DNA from: Candidatus Dadabacteria bacterium
GTDB lineage: Bacteria > Desulfobacterota_D > UBA1144 > Nemesobacterales > CSP1-2
DNA: 64,000 bases
Reading direction: 5' to 3'
Assembly (NCBI GenBank): GCA_963805855.1
Contig: CAWDVW010000007.1
Location: forward strand, 608,001 to 672,000
The position numbers and the translations under genes are program-made. The notes below the pieces were generated by a model. The model saw only the letters and a program-made list of their open reading frames with translations. It had not been told where the DNA came from and did no database searches. This document shows positions 40,162 to 51,118 of this stretch, one piece after another (position 1 is the first letter of the stretch; every line of letters starts with the position of its first letter).

Positions 40162-41177
40162 ACGACGGTAAAGAAAATCCCAGGCTTGGACTGGAGGAGC
40201 TTGGGGATTTAATACATGTTCCGGGTGCAAATATATTTTTAACTTCCACCAAGAAGATATTGTTCTGGGCCGAGAAATCGAGCCTCTGGCCCCTGACGTT
40301 TGGTCTCGCCTGTTGCGCGATTGAAATGATGGCAACATTCGCATCCAGGTTTGACCTCGATCGCTTTGGCATCATCACTAGGGCATCCCCGCGGCAATCA
40401 GATTTAATGATAATCGCGGGGACCGTAACAGTCAAAATGGCCGAGCGCATAAGGAAGCTGTACGACCAGATGCCCTACCCGAAATGGGTAATCGCCGCGG
40501 GAAGCTGTGCGATATCGGGCGATCACTATCGTCATATATACAGTGTAGTTCCCGGGGTAGACTGGGTAATTCCCGTGGACGTATACGTCGCTGGCTGTCC
40601 ACCAAACCCTGAGGCTTTTATGGAAGGTATTTTAAAGCTTCAAGAAATTATTTCCAATGAAGACACAAATCCGCATTTTAATATCGCATCGAAGGAAATC
40701 GTCAGCGAGGAGACCACAGAGCCTAAACAAAAAAAACTACCCGACCTGCCGCGGTCCGGAGATTATGTCTCACCTGACGAAGTGCTTCAAAAAGCACAAA
40801 CCCTGAAAAACGATGGGTTTGAATATTTATCATTCGTAACCGCCGTCGACTATGGCAACATACTCGACGTTATATACCAAGTACACTCCATCAACAAAGG
40901 TGAGGATAGAATCTTTAAGGTCGCTCTTGATCCTTCAAACCCCAGATTACCGTCTATAACCACAATATACAAAGGGGCAAACTGGCTTGAAAGAGAGGTT
41001 TTTGATCTTTTTGGCGTTAATTTTACAGACCATCCGGATCTCAGAAGAATCCTTCTTCCAGAATATTGGGAGGGACACCCATTGAAAAAGAACTATGCAA
41101 TGGATACTTCAAGGCTACCCTACCGTCCGCTAAGAAAGGAGTACGAAGCTTGGAAGGAAATGTTGAAGAAAGGATAA
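40143..41177 (+). CDS. nuoBC: Fused NADH-quinone oxidoreductase subunits B and C
   Basis: [18 protein letters not shown] followed by [30 protein letters not shown]. Confidence 0.9.
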   Translation: MGAQPVNDGKENPRLGLEELGDLIHVPGANIFLTSTKKILFWAEKSSLWPLTFGLACCAIEMMATFASRFDLDRFGIITRASPRQSDLMIIAGTVTVKMAERIRKLYDQMPYPKWVIAAGSCAISGDHYRHIYSVVPGVDWVIPVDVYVAGCPPNPEAFMEGILKLQEIISNEDTNPHFNIASKEIVSEETTEPKQKKLPDLPRSGDYVSPDEVLQKAQTLKNDGFEYLSFVTAVDYGNILDVIYQVHSINKGEDRIFKVALDPSNPRLPSITTIYKGANWLEREVFDLFGVNFTDHPDLRRILLPEYWEGHPLKKNYAMDTSRLPYRPLRKEYEAWKEMLKKG

Positions 41178-42307
41178 TAGAGCGCGAGTTCGGTGAACTT
41201 GCCCTGAACATGGGTCCTCAGCACCCTTCGACCCATGGTGTTTTCAGGATGAAATTGCACCTTAGGGGAGAAACCGTTGTAAATGTCGTCCCGGATATAG
41301 GTTACCTTCATCGTGGTGTGGAAAAGCTCTCGGAGACACTTGATTATGACATGCTACCACCTGTCTACGAAAGGGACGACTATCTTTGCCCCACCGCCAA
41401 TTCTCTTGCCTTTGTACTCGCCGTTGAAAAGCTCGCAAGCATAGAAGTTCCGAGGCGCGCAAGCTATCTTAGAGTCATAACGGCTGAGCTGCAGAGGATA
41501 GCGTCACACCTGGTAGCTATAGGCACATTCGGCCTCGATTTAGGGGGGTCAATGGGCGGAGGTACCACGCTATTTCTATACTGCTTCAGGGATAGGGAAA
41601 AGGTTCTCGACCTGATGGAGTCCTTAACGGGCACGAGGTTCCATACAAACATGAATCAAATCGGGGGGGTGAGGTACGACTTATATCCGGATTTTGCGAA
41701 GGAGGTTATGGAGCTAAAACAATATCTGGAAAAACTTGTAGACGACTACAGATCTATGCTTGAGACCAACCCCATCTTCCTCGAGCGTACCAGGAACGTT
41801 GGTATAGTCACGCAGGAACTGGCAAAAGAGTTTGGTGCCAGCGGTCCTGTGATCAGGGCGACCGGGATACCATACGACATCAGAAGAAGCAAGCCATACT
41901 CAGCCTACGGCGAATTTGAATTTAATATTCCGCTTGGAACCATTGGCGATGTCTTCGACAGATACCTCGTAAGGATACTCGAAATTTCCGAATCGTTGTC
42001 GATTGTTTCTCAAGCCCTGGAAGGCCTTCCCGAAGGACCAGTCAATTCCAGAAAACCACTTAAGAGCGCCCTTCTCTTGAAGCCACCAAAAGGGGCAGAG
42101 GCATACGGCGCCGTTGAATCACCCCGTGGCGAGCTCGGCGTTTTCGTCGTATCCGACGGGACTTCGAAGCCTTACAGGTTAAAACTACGCTCACCATCAT
42201 TCTCTAATCTCGCCCTTATTTCGGAGATTCTACCCGGCAACCTGGTGGCGGATGCAGTGGCTATCCTTGGCTCCTTAGATCCCGTATTTGGAGACGTAGA
42301 CAGATGA
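41150..42307 (+). CDS. nuoD: NADH-quinone oxidoreductase subunit D
   Basis: [37 protein letters not shown] start with AAGGAG. Confidence 0.95.
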   Translation: MEGNVEERIIEREFGELALNMGPQHPSTHGVFRMKLHLRGETVVNVVPDIGYLHRGVEKLSETLDYDMLPPVYERDDYLCPTANSLAFVLAVEKLASIEVPRRASYLRVITAELQRIASHLVAIGTFGLDLGGSMGGGTTLFLYCFRDREKVLDLMESLTGTRFHTNMNQIGGVRYDLYPDFAKEVMELKQYLEKLVDDYRSMLETNPIFLERTRNVGIVTQELAKEFGASGPVIRATGIPYDIRRSKPYSAYGEFEFNIPLGTIGDVFDRYLVRILEISESLSIVSQALEGLPEGPVNSRKPLKSALLLKPPKGAEAYGAVESPRGELGVFVVSDGTSKPYRLKLRSPSFSNLALISEILPGNLVADAVAILGSLDPVFGDVDR

Positions 42308-43272
42308 TTTTCATAATGGGATTTCTCGAGAGTGCAATTTTACTAGGTGCTGTAATCGGTATTGTAGCATATCTAACCTGGCTTGAGAGAAAGTTTAGCG
42401 GGCGCATGCAGTCTCGCATCGGCCCTTATCTGGTTGGCCGACCCCACGGCTGGCTTCAGCCAATTGCAGACGGTCTAAAATTGATTTCGAAAGAAGACAT
42501 CGTACCCGCAAAGGCAGACGGGCTACTATTTAACTTTGCACCGGCATGGATCCTGGTCGTCAGCCTTCTGGGTTTCGCTTTTCTCCCGATCACAGCAAAT
42601 TGGGTACTGGTAAATATGGATCTCGGACTTCTATACTTTACGGCTTTCGGCTCGCTTATAGTGATCGGAGTATTTACCTCTGGTTGGGCATCGAATAATA
42701 AATATGCATTGCTTTCATCCCTGAGGTCAGCGGCACAGATAGTAGCGTATGAAGTGCCCTTACTATTCTCACTCCTGGTTCCAGCCATACTTGCGGGGTC
42801 GCTTGATTTTATGGATATAATTCGGGCTCAAAAGGGTTACTGGTTCATTACCTTTCCAGTTATTGGACAGATATCATTCCTGATCTTCCTCCTAGCGTCG
42901 CTTGCAGAGAGCAACCGCATGCCATTTGATCTGTCGGAGGCGGAGTCTGAACTCGTTGCAGGTTTCAGCATAGAATATTCGGGCATGAAATTTGCATACT
43001 TTTATTTGGGTGAATATGTTCATCTTCTGGCTGTGTCGCTGCTCGTGAGCATACTCTTCTTCGGCGGTCCCCTAGGCCCTATTCTTCCGGGTGGAGTATG
43101 GATAACGATTAAAACCATGGCTGTTTTTCTTGGTATCTTATGGATAAGGTGGAGTTTCTTAAGGGTTAGAATCGATCAGCTGATGATGTTTAACTGGAAG
43201 ATTCTCACACCCGTAAGCTTTATAGTACTTCTCTTGGCGGGTTTATGGGTAAGTCTGAAGGCGGGTATGTGA
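42304..43272 (+). CDS. nuoH: NADH-quinone oxidoreductase subunit H
   Basis: ERK...RIGP, QPIADGLK, NRMPFDLSEAESELVAG. Confidence 0.95.
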   Translation: MIFIMGFLESAILLGAVIGIVAYLTWLERKFSGRMQSRIGPYLVGRPHGWLQPIADGLKLISKEDIVPAKADGLLFNFAPAWILVVSLLGFAFLPITANWVLVNMDLGLLYFTAFGSLIVIGVFTSGWASNNKYALLSSLRSAAQIVAYEVPLLFSLLVPAILAGSLDFMDIIRAQKGYWFITFPVIGQISFLIFLLASLAESNRMPFDLSEAESELVAGFSIEYSGMKFAYFYLGEYVHLLAVSLLVSILFFGGPLGPILPGGVWITIKTMAVFLGILWIRWSFLRVRIDQLMMFNWKILTPVSFIVLLLAGLWVSLKAGM

Positions 43273-43276
43273 AATA

Positions 43277-43786
43277 ATGGCAAAGAAAGTAAGCAAGATC
43301 AGATTAGTTGAGGCCATAATATTCTCATTATGGATAACGCTCAAAAACCTCTTTAAAAGGCCTGTTACTGTACAATATCCCATCGAAAGGAGACCCATTC
43401 CCGAACGATGGAGAGCAGGGACATTCGCCTTAACCACTGATAAGGAAACAGGAGAAGAAAATTGTATCGGGTGCAAGCTTTGTGAGAGAATTTGCCCATC
43501 AGACATTATTATCGTTGAATTGGAAAAGCATAGTGGCAGGGGATGGGCAAAGAGCTTTGTATTAGACCTCCAAGCCTGTATCCAATGTGAATTGTGTGTT
43601 CAGGTTTGCCCAACAGATGCAATAGTAATGCTTCGCGGAATGGCTACCCCGGTTGCGAGACGAGAGGATTTTATACTTGACAAAAAGAAGCTAATGGAAA
43701 ATGAAGAATTATTCGAAGCGGCATGGGCGACCGGGATAAAATTACAAAAATTACACGAACCCCAGAAAGCCGGGGAGAAATCCTGA
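43277..43786 (+). CDS. nuoI: NADH-quinone oxidoreductase subunit I
   Basis: TVQYP, CIGCKLCERICP, CIQCELCVQVCP. Confidence 0.95.
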   Translation: MAKKVSKIRLVEAIIFSLWITLKNLFKRPVTVQYPIERRPIPERWRAGTFALTTDKETGEENCIGCKLCERICPSDIIIVELEKHSGRGWAKSFVLDLQACIQCELCVQVCPTDAIVMLRGMATPVARREDFILDKKKLMENEELFEAAWATGIKLQKLHEPQKAGEKS

Positions 43787-43801
43787 AATGAGAACAGATT
43801 C

Positions 43802-43836
43802 GATGCAGGATGCATGATGTACGATGCAGGGTGCAG
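43802..43836 (+). repeat. Heptamer tandem repeat (GATGCAG-type x5) between nuoI and nuoJ
   Basis: GATGCAG GATGCAT GATGTAC GATGCAG GGTGCAG. Confidence 0.7.
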
Positions 43837-43903
43837 GTTAGTGATTAGGAAATAATCCCTCATTGAAGATTTAACGTAGAATAAGGAGGATGGATTCGAC
43901 TTA

Positions 43904-44428
43904 ATGCAAGGGCAAACCATAATCTATTTAATACTTGCTCTGGGCTTATTAGTTTCTTCCATAGCATCTGTGTGCTCGAGACGTATCCTGAGGAGCGCCA
44001 TATTTCTGGCGGTAGCCCTAATATTCACGGCCTTCCTTTACCTTTTGCTTGGTGCCGAACTATTAGCAGGAATCCAAATCCTTCTATATGTAGGCGGAGT
44101 GATAACATTGATAATCTTCGCGTTGCTCATATCTGAAAAATTGGGTAGCGACCAATCAGAAGCAACGCATCGTAATATTATTCCTGCGGCAATCGCGTCG
44201 ACTGTACTGTTTCTCATCCTTCTCTTCTTCACATACACGTCGCGTAGGATCAGTGAGTTGGCAACCTCAAGTCCAATGGGTGAATTTGGTGCTTCAGGAG
44301 AGCTTTCGGAATTAATTTTTAGAGATTGGGTTCTTCCTCTGGAGGTGCTATCGCTACTCTTGCTTGCAGCAATAATTGGGGCATTGGTTATTGCGCGTCG
44401 AGAACATAAACAGGAAGGCGAACAATAA
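43904..44428 (+). CDS. nuoJ: NADH-quinone oxidoreductase subunit J
   Basis: QILLYVGG, LPLEVLSLLLLAAIIGA. Confidence 0.9.
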   Translation: MQGQTIIYLILALGLLVSSIASVCSRRILRSAIFLAVALIFTAFLYLLLGAELLAGIQILLYVGGVITLIIFALLISEKLGSDQSEATHRNIIPAAIASTVLFLILLFFTYTSRRISELATSSPMGEFGASGELSELIFRDWVLPLEVLSLLLLAAIIGALVIARREHKQEGEQ

Positions 44429-44430
44429 CC

Positions 44431-44730
44431 ATGACGATCTATCACATATTGTTTCTGTCATATCTTGTTTTTTCTATTGGTCTCTTTGGCGTGCTTAGTA
44501 GAAGGCATGTTGTTGGAATACTCATTGGTATTGAACTGATGTTCAATGCCGCAAACCTTGCCATTGTCGGTATTGCATGGACTATGCAGGTATTAACCGG
44601 TCAAATAATTGCACTGTTTGGAATAGCTATAACCGCTGCCGAGATAGCAGTTGGACTGGCGCTTTTCCTGCTCGCCGAGCGCCTCAGTAAAACTGTTTAT
44701 GCAGACAAGATTGACTTGATGAAAGGATAA
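44431..44730 (+). CDS. nuoK: NADH-quinone oxidoreductase subunit K
   Basis: IELMFNAAN, AAEIAVGLA. Confidence 0.95.
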   Translation: MTIYHILFLSYLVFSIGLFGVLSRRHVVGILIGIELMFNAANLAIVGIAWTMQVLTGQIIALFGIAITAAEIAVGLALFLLAERLSKTVYADKIDLMKG

Positions 44731-44734
44731 TAAA

Positions 44735-46654
44735 ATGCCATCTCAGCCACAAATTCTGTTATGTTTAGTTCTTCTCCCTCCGTTCGTCTCGTTTGCGCTC
44801 AACGCATTAATCCCTCCGTTGAGGAAGAATAGAAATGCATCTTCGGGCCTGAGCATCATTGCGGTACTCATCTCTACGCTTGCCTCTGTGGTCTTGCTCA
44901 AGATTAATCCGAGGGCTGAGTTTATATTCGAATGGATCCCATTAAATATCTTTTCAAAAATTGAATTCGGCTTCTTTACCGATCCCGTTGTATTAATAAT
45001 GTTCTTTATTGTTTCCCTCGTTTCTCTCGTCGTACAGGTATATTCGCTTGGCTACATGAGTGAAGAATCTCCCCCAAGCCTTGGCAGGTACTACACCTTC
45101 CATTCCCTTTTCGCATTCTCGATGCTCGGGTTCGTGGCTTCTTTAAACCTCCTACAAATTTATATCTTCTGGGAACTGGTCGGGCTTTGCTCATACCTTC
45201 TCATAGGGTTCTGGTACACTAGACCAGAAGCCTCAAGGGCAGCTGTAAAGGCCTTCTGGGTCACCAGGTTCGGGGACGTTGGGTTTGCTATTGGCATGGT
45301 ACTCTTATGGGGAGCTACGGGCACCTTCTTGCTCCCAGAGCTCTTTGCAAAAGCACCGGACGTGTCAAAGCAATTAATTACGGTATGCATGTTCCTAATT
45401 CTTTTTGGAGCCATGGGGAAAAGCGCTCAGTTCCCGCTTCACGTATGGCTTCCCGACGCCATGGAGGGACCAACTCCTGTGTCAGCCCTTATTCACGCTG
45501 CAACCATGGTTGTGGCCGGTATTTATCTAGTGCTTCGCCTCTTTCCTCTTTTCGAATTGACACCAGATGTTCTAGTTTTCGCCTTATGGATAGGATCGAT
45601 AACCTCTCTGCTGGGTGCGAGTCTTGCTCTTGTTCAGAATGATATTAAACGCATTTTAGCATATTCTACGGTTTCGCAAATTGGCTATATGTTTGCTGCC
45701 CTTGGAGCCGGGGCGCAGGGTATCTCGTTCTTTCATCTGTTTACACACGCCTTCTTCAAGTCCCTGCTTTTCCTTGGCGCGGGATGCATAATTCACGCAC
45801 TCCATACTAATAACATATGGGAAATGGGCAAGTTGGGTAAAAGGATGCCACACATAGCCATTTTATTTCTCATAGGCTCATTGTCCCTGTCTGGGATATT
45901 TCCATTCTCGGGCCATTTTTCAAAAGATGAAATACTTATGTGGATGCATGTAAAGGGCTTAGATATACACTTCTTGATACTTCTTATAACGGCCTTCCTC
46001 ACTGCCTTTTATATGTTTCGTGCCTTTTTTGTTGTATTTTTCGGCGATAGGGAATCCTCAGCAACAAAGATCCGCAAAACACCATGGATAATGAGCCTTC
46101 CCATGTGGATTCTTGCGATTCTAACGGTGTTCGCAGGTTTTGGAGCATCGAAGTTCTTTGGTTTCTTGGGTTACAGGCTCGAGCAATACCATACCCGCCT
46201 TGAATATCTCCCCCTCATAGCTTCAATATCGGGGATTGCTTTGGCGTGGTCCTTTTATCAGGTGGGTTATCTTAGCCCCGCCCGCACCTACAGCCAACTA
46301 TCACCCTTTGCATTGGCGTTGGAAAGAAAATTTTGGATAGATGACATCTACATGTGGATCTATCGAAACATTTTAGATGGACTATCGAGTCTATGCGGAT
46401 GGTTCGACCGGTATATTGTAGATGGTTTTGTGAACCTTATAGCATATTCTACCAAATTGACCTCACAAAGATTAAGGACAATTCAGACAGGGCGTGCTCA
46501 AGATTATCTTTATGGGATTATAATAGCGATCATTTTGTTTTTCGCTTTGTCCTTAATGACACCGCACATTGGGAAAACACTTACCGATAAACAGGGTTAC
46601 AACGAAACTCAAAGACCGACCATAATAAAAGGATGGGGACAATATGACGACTGA
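44735..46654 (+). CDS. nuoL: NADH-quinone oxidoreductase subunit L
   Basis: WELVGLCSYLLIGFW, GKSAQFPLHVWLPDAMEGPTPVSALIHAATMV. Confidence 0.95.
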   Translation: MPSQPQILLCLVLLPPFVSFALNALIPPLRKNRNASSGLSIIAVLISTLASVVLLKINPRAEFIFEWIPLNIFSKIEFGFFTDPVVLIMFFIVSLVSLVVQVYSLGYMSEESPPSLGRYYTFHSLFAFSMLGFVASLNLLQIYIFWELVGLCSYLLIGFWYTRPEASRAAVKAFWVTRFGDVGFAIGMVLLWGATGTFLLPELFAKAPDVSKQLITVCMFLILFGAMGKSAQFPLHVWLPDAMEGPTPVSALIHAATMVVAGIYLVLRLFPLFELTPDVLVFALWIGSITSLLGASLALVQNDIKRILAYSTVSQIGYMFAALGAGAQGISFFHLFTHAFFKSLLFLGAGCIIHALHTNNIWEMGKLGKRMPHIAILFLIGSLSLSGIFPFSGHFSKDEILMWMHVKGLDIHFLILLITAFLTAFYMFRAFFVVFFGDRESSATKIRKTPWIMSLPMWILAILTVFAGFGASKFFGFLGYRLEQYHTRLEYLPLIASISGIALAWSFYQVGYLSPARTYSQLSPFALALERKFWIDDIYMWIYRNILDGLSSLCGWFDRYIVDGFVNLIAYSTKLTSQRLRTIQTGRAQDYLYGIIIAIILFFALSLMTPHIGKTLTDKQGYNETQRPTIIKGWGQYDD

Positions 46655-48173
46655 ATCCTTTCCGATATTGTCGATTATAGTGCTCTCCCCGCTAATCGGG
46701 GCCATCATCCTGATCTTTCTGCCCGATAGGTTTCAACTTGGCGTAAGGCTGACCACTCTTTTCTTTTCATCTATCTCTCTTCTGGCATGCCTATTTATCT
46801 TCATGACTTACAATAAAGCTATGGGCGGATTTCAATTCATCGAGCAGATCCCTATAGTGCCAAGCATCGGTTTTTCATACTATCTGGCCGTAGACGGGAT
46901 CAGTCTGTCTCTGGTCCTCCTAACTTCTATAATCCTGATAACCGGATTTTTCGCTTCCTGGAATTTACCTATGAGGAGCAAAGAATTTTATATACTATTG
47001 CTGCTCCTTGCCACCGGGGTTTTTGGCGTATTCGTATCATTCAACCTGCTCTTATTTTTTCTCTTTTATGAGCTAGCGGTACTCCCCATGTATTTGTTGA
47101 TCGGGATTTGGGGAACCTCCGCCAAGGTGATTCCGAAGGGTATTTTCGCAAACGCTATTAGAATGACTGGGTTGGGAAGCAAGGAATACGGCGCAATGAA
47201 GCTTACGCTTTATCTTCTCTTAGGCTCCGCTTTTATACTTGTTGGATTTTTTGGGCTATATATTTTCTCAGGGTTCCAAACATTCAACTACACCGCATTG
47301 ACGGACTTCGGTTTCAGTAAGGCTACACAGAATTGGCTACTGATCCTATTCTATATCGGATTTGGAACGCTTGCAGGGGTATGGCCCATTCATACCTGGT
47401 CCCCGGATGGACATGCGGCCGCACCTACAGCTGTATCGATGATGCACGCAGGAGTGCTCATGAAGCTGGGTGCTTACGGGATAATCCGCATAGGAATGGG
47501 ATTACTCCCTGACGCCGCGGTAACGTTTGCTCCATTGATAGGAACGATAGCAGTGATAAACATTGTCTACGGCGCCTTCGGAGCAATGTGGCAAAGAGAC
47601 CTCAAATATGTCGTCGCATACTCGTCCGTATCCCACATGGGCATAGTATTACTTGGTGCGGCAACCCTGAATGAAATGGGTCTAAATGGATCTATCTTTC
47701 AAATGTTCTCGCACGGAATCATGACGGGACTTTTGTTTGCGCTCGTTGGGCTGATCTATGAAAAAGCTCATAGCAGAGAAATCTTAAAGATGGGGGGATT
47801 TGCAAGGGCCATGCCTGGAATTGCCACTTTCTTTTTAATTGGCGCATTAACCTCATTGGGATTGCCTGGTCTGAGCGGCTTCGTCGCCGAGATACTCGTA
47901 TTTTTGGGAGCCTGGAAGTCTATATACTCGTGGTGGCTCGTTCCGGCCGTGCTGGGTGCTTTCATCACTGCGGTGTATGTCTTGAGGGTTTCGAAGTGGA
48001 TATTCTTCGGACCCGCAAAGGAAATTGGATCACTTAAAGATGCAGTTGGCTTTGAGTGGATTGCTCCGACGGTTCTTTCGGGGATCCTTATATTACTCGG
48101 GATATATCCCAAACTGCTTTTGGATCCGATAAATAAGAGCATTATAGAGTTTCTAGATATTTTTGCGAAGTAA
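46644..48173 (+). CDS. nuoM: NADH-quinone oxidoreductase subunit M
   Basis: VDGIS, HTWSPDGHAAAPT, AYSSVSHMG, LGLPGLSGFVAE. Confidence 0.95.
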   Translation: MTTESFPILSIIVLSPLIGAIILIFLPDRFQLGVRLTTLFFSSISLLACLFIFMTYNKAMGGFQFIEQIPIVPSIGFSYYLAVDGISLSLVLLTSIILITGFFASWNLPMRSKEFYILLLLLATGVFGVFVSFNLLLFFLFYELAVLPMYLLIGIWGTSAKVIPKGIFANAIRMTGLGSKEYGAMKLTLYLLLGSAFILVGFFGLYIFSGFQTFNYTALTDFGFSKATQNWLLILFYIGFGTLAGVWPIHTWSPDGHAAAPTAVSMMHAGVLMKLGAYGIIRIGMGLLPDAAVTFAPLIGTIAVINIVYGAFGAMWQRDLKYVVAYSSVSHMGIVLLGAATLNEMGLNGSIFQMFSHGIMTGLLFALVGLIYEKAHSREILKMGGFARAMPGIATFFLIGALTSLGLPGLSGFVAEILVFLGAWKSIYSWWLVPAVLGAFITAVYVLRVSKWIFFGPAKEIGSLKDAVGFEWIAPTVLSGILILLGIYPKLLLDPINKSIIEFLDIFAK

Positions 48174-48192
48174 AAATATAGGGGTGGCGTAC

Positions 48193-49668
48193 ATGTTTAA
48201 ACCATTGTTTTTGGAATCTATTCTAATTGTTGGAATCCTATTAATCTTTTTTTTGGACCTGTTCTTACCAAGGAACCGGAAGATAATTCTGGGTATTTCA
48301 ACACTCATCTTATTAGTAATCGCATTCATACTTAGCCTTTCACTAGACCTTCAAGGGACAATCCTGTCACAAACCTTTGTTAATGATTCGTTTGCCATAA
48401 CCCTAAAACAGATCTTTCTTATCTCAACGATTATAGCGATCTTGGGTTCAATTGACCATGTTTCAAAATCACAAATGGGAAGAGAGGGTGAATATTTTCT
48501 GCTTCTGTTATTTTCCCTTGTCGGCATGATGGTAGTCGTTTCTTCAAGGGAGCTTCTCTTGTTATTTGTAGGGTTCGAGCTGATGAGTATCCCGCTGTAC
48601 GTGCTCTCTGGTTTTTCAAAAGAAAACCCTAGGAGCGCAGAGGGAGCAATAAAGATCTTTTTATTTGGAACCGTATCATCTGCCGTGTTACTGTTGGGAA
48701 TTGGTATTTTCTATGCACTCACCGGAACCACATCTTGGTCTACCCTGGGCTCGTCTATGGTCATTGAAGATTCGCTGGGATCGCTTGCCCTGATACTTCT
48801 ATTTTCTGGCTTTGGTTTCAAGATAGCCGCATTCCCCTTCCAGTTCTGGGTTCCTGATACATATGAAGGCTCCCCGACCCCTTTTGTCGCATTTCTTTCA
48901 GTTGCACCAAAGATCGCAGGATTCGGAATACTCTTTCGCTTCTTATTCGAAGCTCTTGATCCCCTTTCCCACAGCTGGACCATGTACGCATTCTGGCTTG
49001 CTGCTTTCACCATGATAATAGGAAATATGCTCGCGCTTCCTCAAAAAAATATAAAACGGCTGCTAGCGTACTCAGGCATCGCTCATATCGGGTATATACT
49101 GTTGGGATTAGCCACTGGGACATTGCTCGGTCTCGAAATGAGCGTTTTCTATTTTGTATCGTACCTCTTTGCAAACATGGGCGCCTTCCTCGTGGTTGAG
49201 GTAGTAAATCGATTCGAAGGAAATGACGAAATTGATTCCTTTAAAAACCTTTCTGGTCGTTCACCCTTTTTATCTCTCGCAATGCTAATATTTTTACTTT
49301 CACTTGGAGGAATTCCTTTCGTCGTAGGTTTCTGGGCAAAGCTATACATATTCTTGGCTGCAGCTAGGGCAGGCTACTTAACCCTCGTATTTTTGGGTGC
49401 CCTCATGACCGTTATAGCACTCTTCTACTATCTGAACATCGCTAGGAAGATGTACATAGATGAAGGTCACGCAAAGATTAACGCAACTATACCAATACCA
49501 ATTAATTTGTTGGTAAGCATTGGTATCTGTGTGGTTTTTGTGGTGTTACTTGGTTTATTTCCTCAAGGGGTTGTTCTGTTCTCAAAAAAAGCTCTATCTT
49601 CTTTCGCCAGTTCAGGCAATATAATCGACCAGACCCTCCGTCACGTCCTTTCGTCTACTGGTATGTAA
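48193..49668 (+). CDS. nuoN: NADH-quinone oxidoreductase subunit N
   Basis: FKIAAFPFQFWVPDTYEGSPTP, KRLLAYSGIAH, SLGGIP. Confidence 0.95.
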   Translation: MFKPLFLESILIVGILLIFFLDLFLPRNRKIILGISTLILLVIAFILSLSLDLQGTILSQTFVNDSFAITLKQIFLISTIIAILGSIDHVSKSQMGREGEYFLLLLFSLVGMMVVVSSRELLLLFVGFELMSIPLYVLSGFSKENPRSAEGAIKIFLFGTVSSAVLLLGIGIFYALTGTTSWSTLGSSMVIEDSLGSLALILLFSGFGFKIAAFPFQFWVPDTYEGSPTPFVAFLSVAPKIAGFGILFRFLFEALDPLSHSWTMYAFWLAAFTMIIGNMLALPQKNIKRLLAYSGIAHIGYILLGLATGTLLGLEMSVFYFVSYLFANMGAFLVVEVVNRFEGNDEIDSFKNLSGRSPFLSLAMLIFLLSLGGIPFVVGFWAKLYIFLAAARAGYLTLVFLGALMTVIALFYYLNIARKMYIDEGHAKINATIPIPINLLVSIGICVVFVVLLGLFPQGVVLFSKKALSSFASSGNIIDQTLRHVLSSTGM

Positions 49669-50930
49669 TCCCTTCTCGCACTGCCCAGATAGATCTGCCG
49701 AGGTCTTGAAATCTTTCTATCTTCATCCTGGAGCATCTCCTTCCACTGAGCCAACCAGCCTGATGTACGTGCTATTGCGAATAGAACTGTAAACATGCTG
49801 GTTGGAAGTCCCATGCTCTGATATATCAAACCAGAATAGAAATCAACATTTGGATAGAGCTTTCGTTTCACAAAATATTCGTCTTCAAGGGCTATTCTTT
49901 CCAACTCCAATGCGATGTCAAGTAATGGATTCTTACCGGTAACTTCAAAAACCTCATGGGCTATCTGTTTGATTATTCTCGCTCTCGGATCATAGGACTT
50001 GTAAATCCGATGCCCAAACCCCATTAATCTGAACTCACCTTCTTTGGCCCTTTTTATGTATTGTGGAATTTTATCCTTAGATCCTATTTCCTGCAGCATA
50101 CTGAGAACTTCCTCATTGGCACCACCATGCAGGGGCCCATAGAGTGCAGCGATCGCGGCCGCCGTAGATGAGTAAGGATCCGGAAGCGAGCTCCCTACGC
50201 CTCGCATGGCACTTGCACTACAGTTCTGTTCATGATCGGCATGGAGAATAAACAATATATCTATGGCCTTCTCTATCACGGGATTCGGCTTATATTTTGT
50301 TTCAGTCATCTTAAACATCATATTCAAAAAATTGCCCGTATAACTGAGGTCGTTGTCTGGATACACGTATGGTTGACCTACCGTGTGTCTATATGAGAAT
50401 GCAGCAATCGTAGGCATCTTTGCTATTAATCGGTGAAGCTGGATCTCCCTCAATTTGGGATCGAATATTTCTTTTGCCTCAGGATAAAAGGTTGATAATG
50501 CACCAACCGTTCCCAAGAGCATTCCCATAGGATGTGCGTCGTAGCGGAAACCATCCATGAATTTCTTTATGTTCTCATGTATGAATGTGTGATGGGTTAT
50601 GTTATAGACCCACTCTTCGTATTCTGACGCCGTAGGAAGCTCTCCGTAAAGAAGCAAATATGCAACCTCCAAATAATTGCTTTTTTCCGCCAGTTGCTCA
50701 ATCGGATAGCCACGATATGATAGAATTCCTCTATCTCCGTCAATGAAGGTTATGGTGCTCTTACAAGAAGCAGTATTGCTAAAGGCCGGATCGTAACTCA
50801 TCATGCCGAAATCCCCCTCCGAAACCTTTATTTGGCGAAGATCGATTGCCCGAATAGTATCGTGTTCGACGGGAATCTCGTAGGTTTGACCCGTCCTGTT
50901 ATCGGTGATAGTTAGAGTATCTTTTGACAC
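49641..50930 (-). CDS. gltA: Citrate synthase
   Basis: LHADHEQN, GPLHGGANE, MGFGHR, YPNVDFYSG, RPRQIY. Confidence 0.97.
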   Translation of the reverse strand: MSKDTLTITDNRTGQTYEIPVEHDTIRAIDLRQIKVSEGDFGMMSYDPAFSNTASCKSTITFIDGDRGILSYRGYPIEQLAEKSNYLEVAYLLLYGELPTASEYEEWVYNITHHTFIHENIKKFMDGFRYDAHPMGMLLGTVGALSTFYPEAKEIFDPKLREIQLHRLIAKMPTIAAFSYRHTVGQPYVYPDNDLSYTGNFLNMMFKMTETKYKPNPVIEKAIDILFILHADHEQNCSASAMRGVGSSLPDPYSSTAAAIAALYGPLHGGANEEVLSMLQEIGSKDKIPQYIKRAKEGEFRLMGFGHRIYKSYDPRARIIKQIAHEVFEVTGKNPLLDIALELERIALEDEYFVKRKLYPNVDFYSGLIYQSMGLPTSMFTVLFAIARTSGWLAQWKEMLQDEDRKISRPRQIYLGSARRDYIPVDERT

Positions 50931-51118
50931 TTGCCTTCCTCCTTCTGAAGCACGAATTATTAACGCAAATCACATAGCGACTGACTCAACACTCATGCCG
51001 TCACAAAAATTGATGTGAATACTCCCGACTAATAAACCAAAACAAAATACCTAAAATTATTGAATTTTCAATCCTTCCTAAAAACTAAAGTCTATCCAGT
51101 TATCAATCGCTCAAGCCA

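Noticed and set aside
50975-51005. Weak hairpin upstream of gltA as a riboswitch
   Set aside because: The stem is short and imperfect, with no recognisable aptamer consensus.
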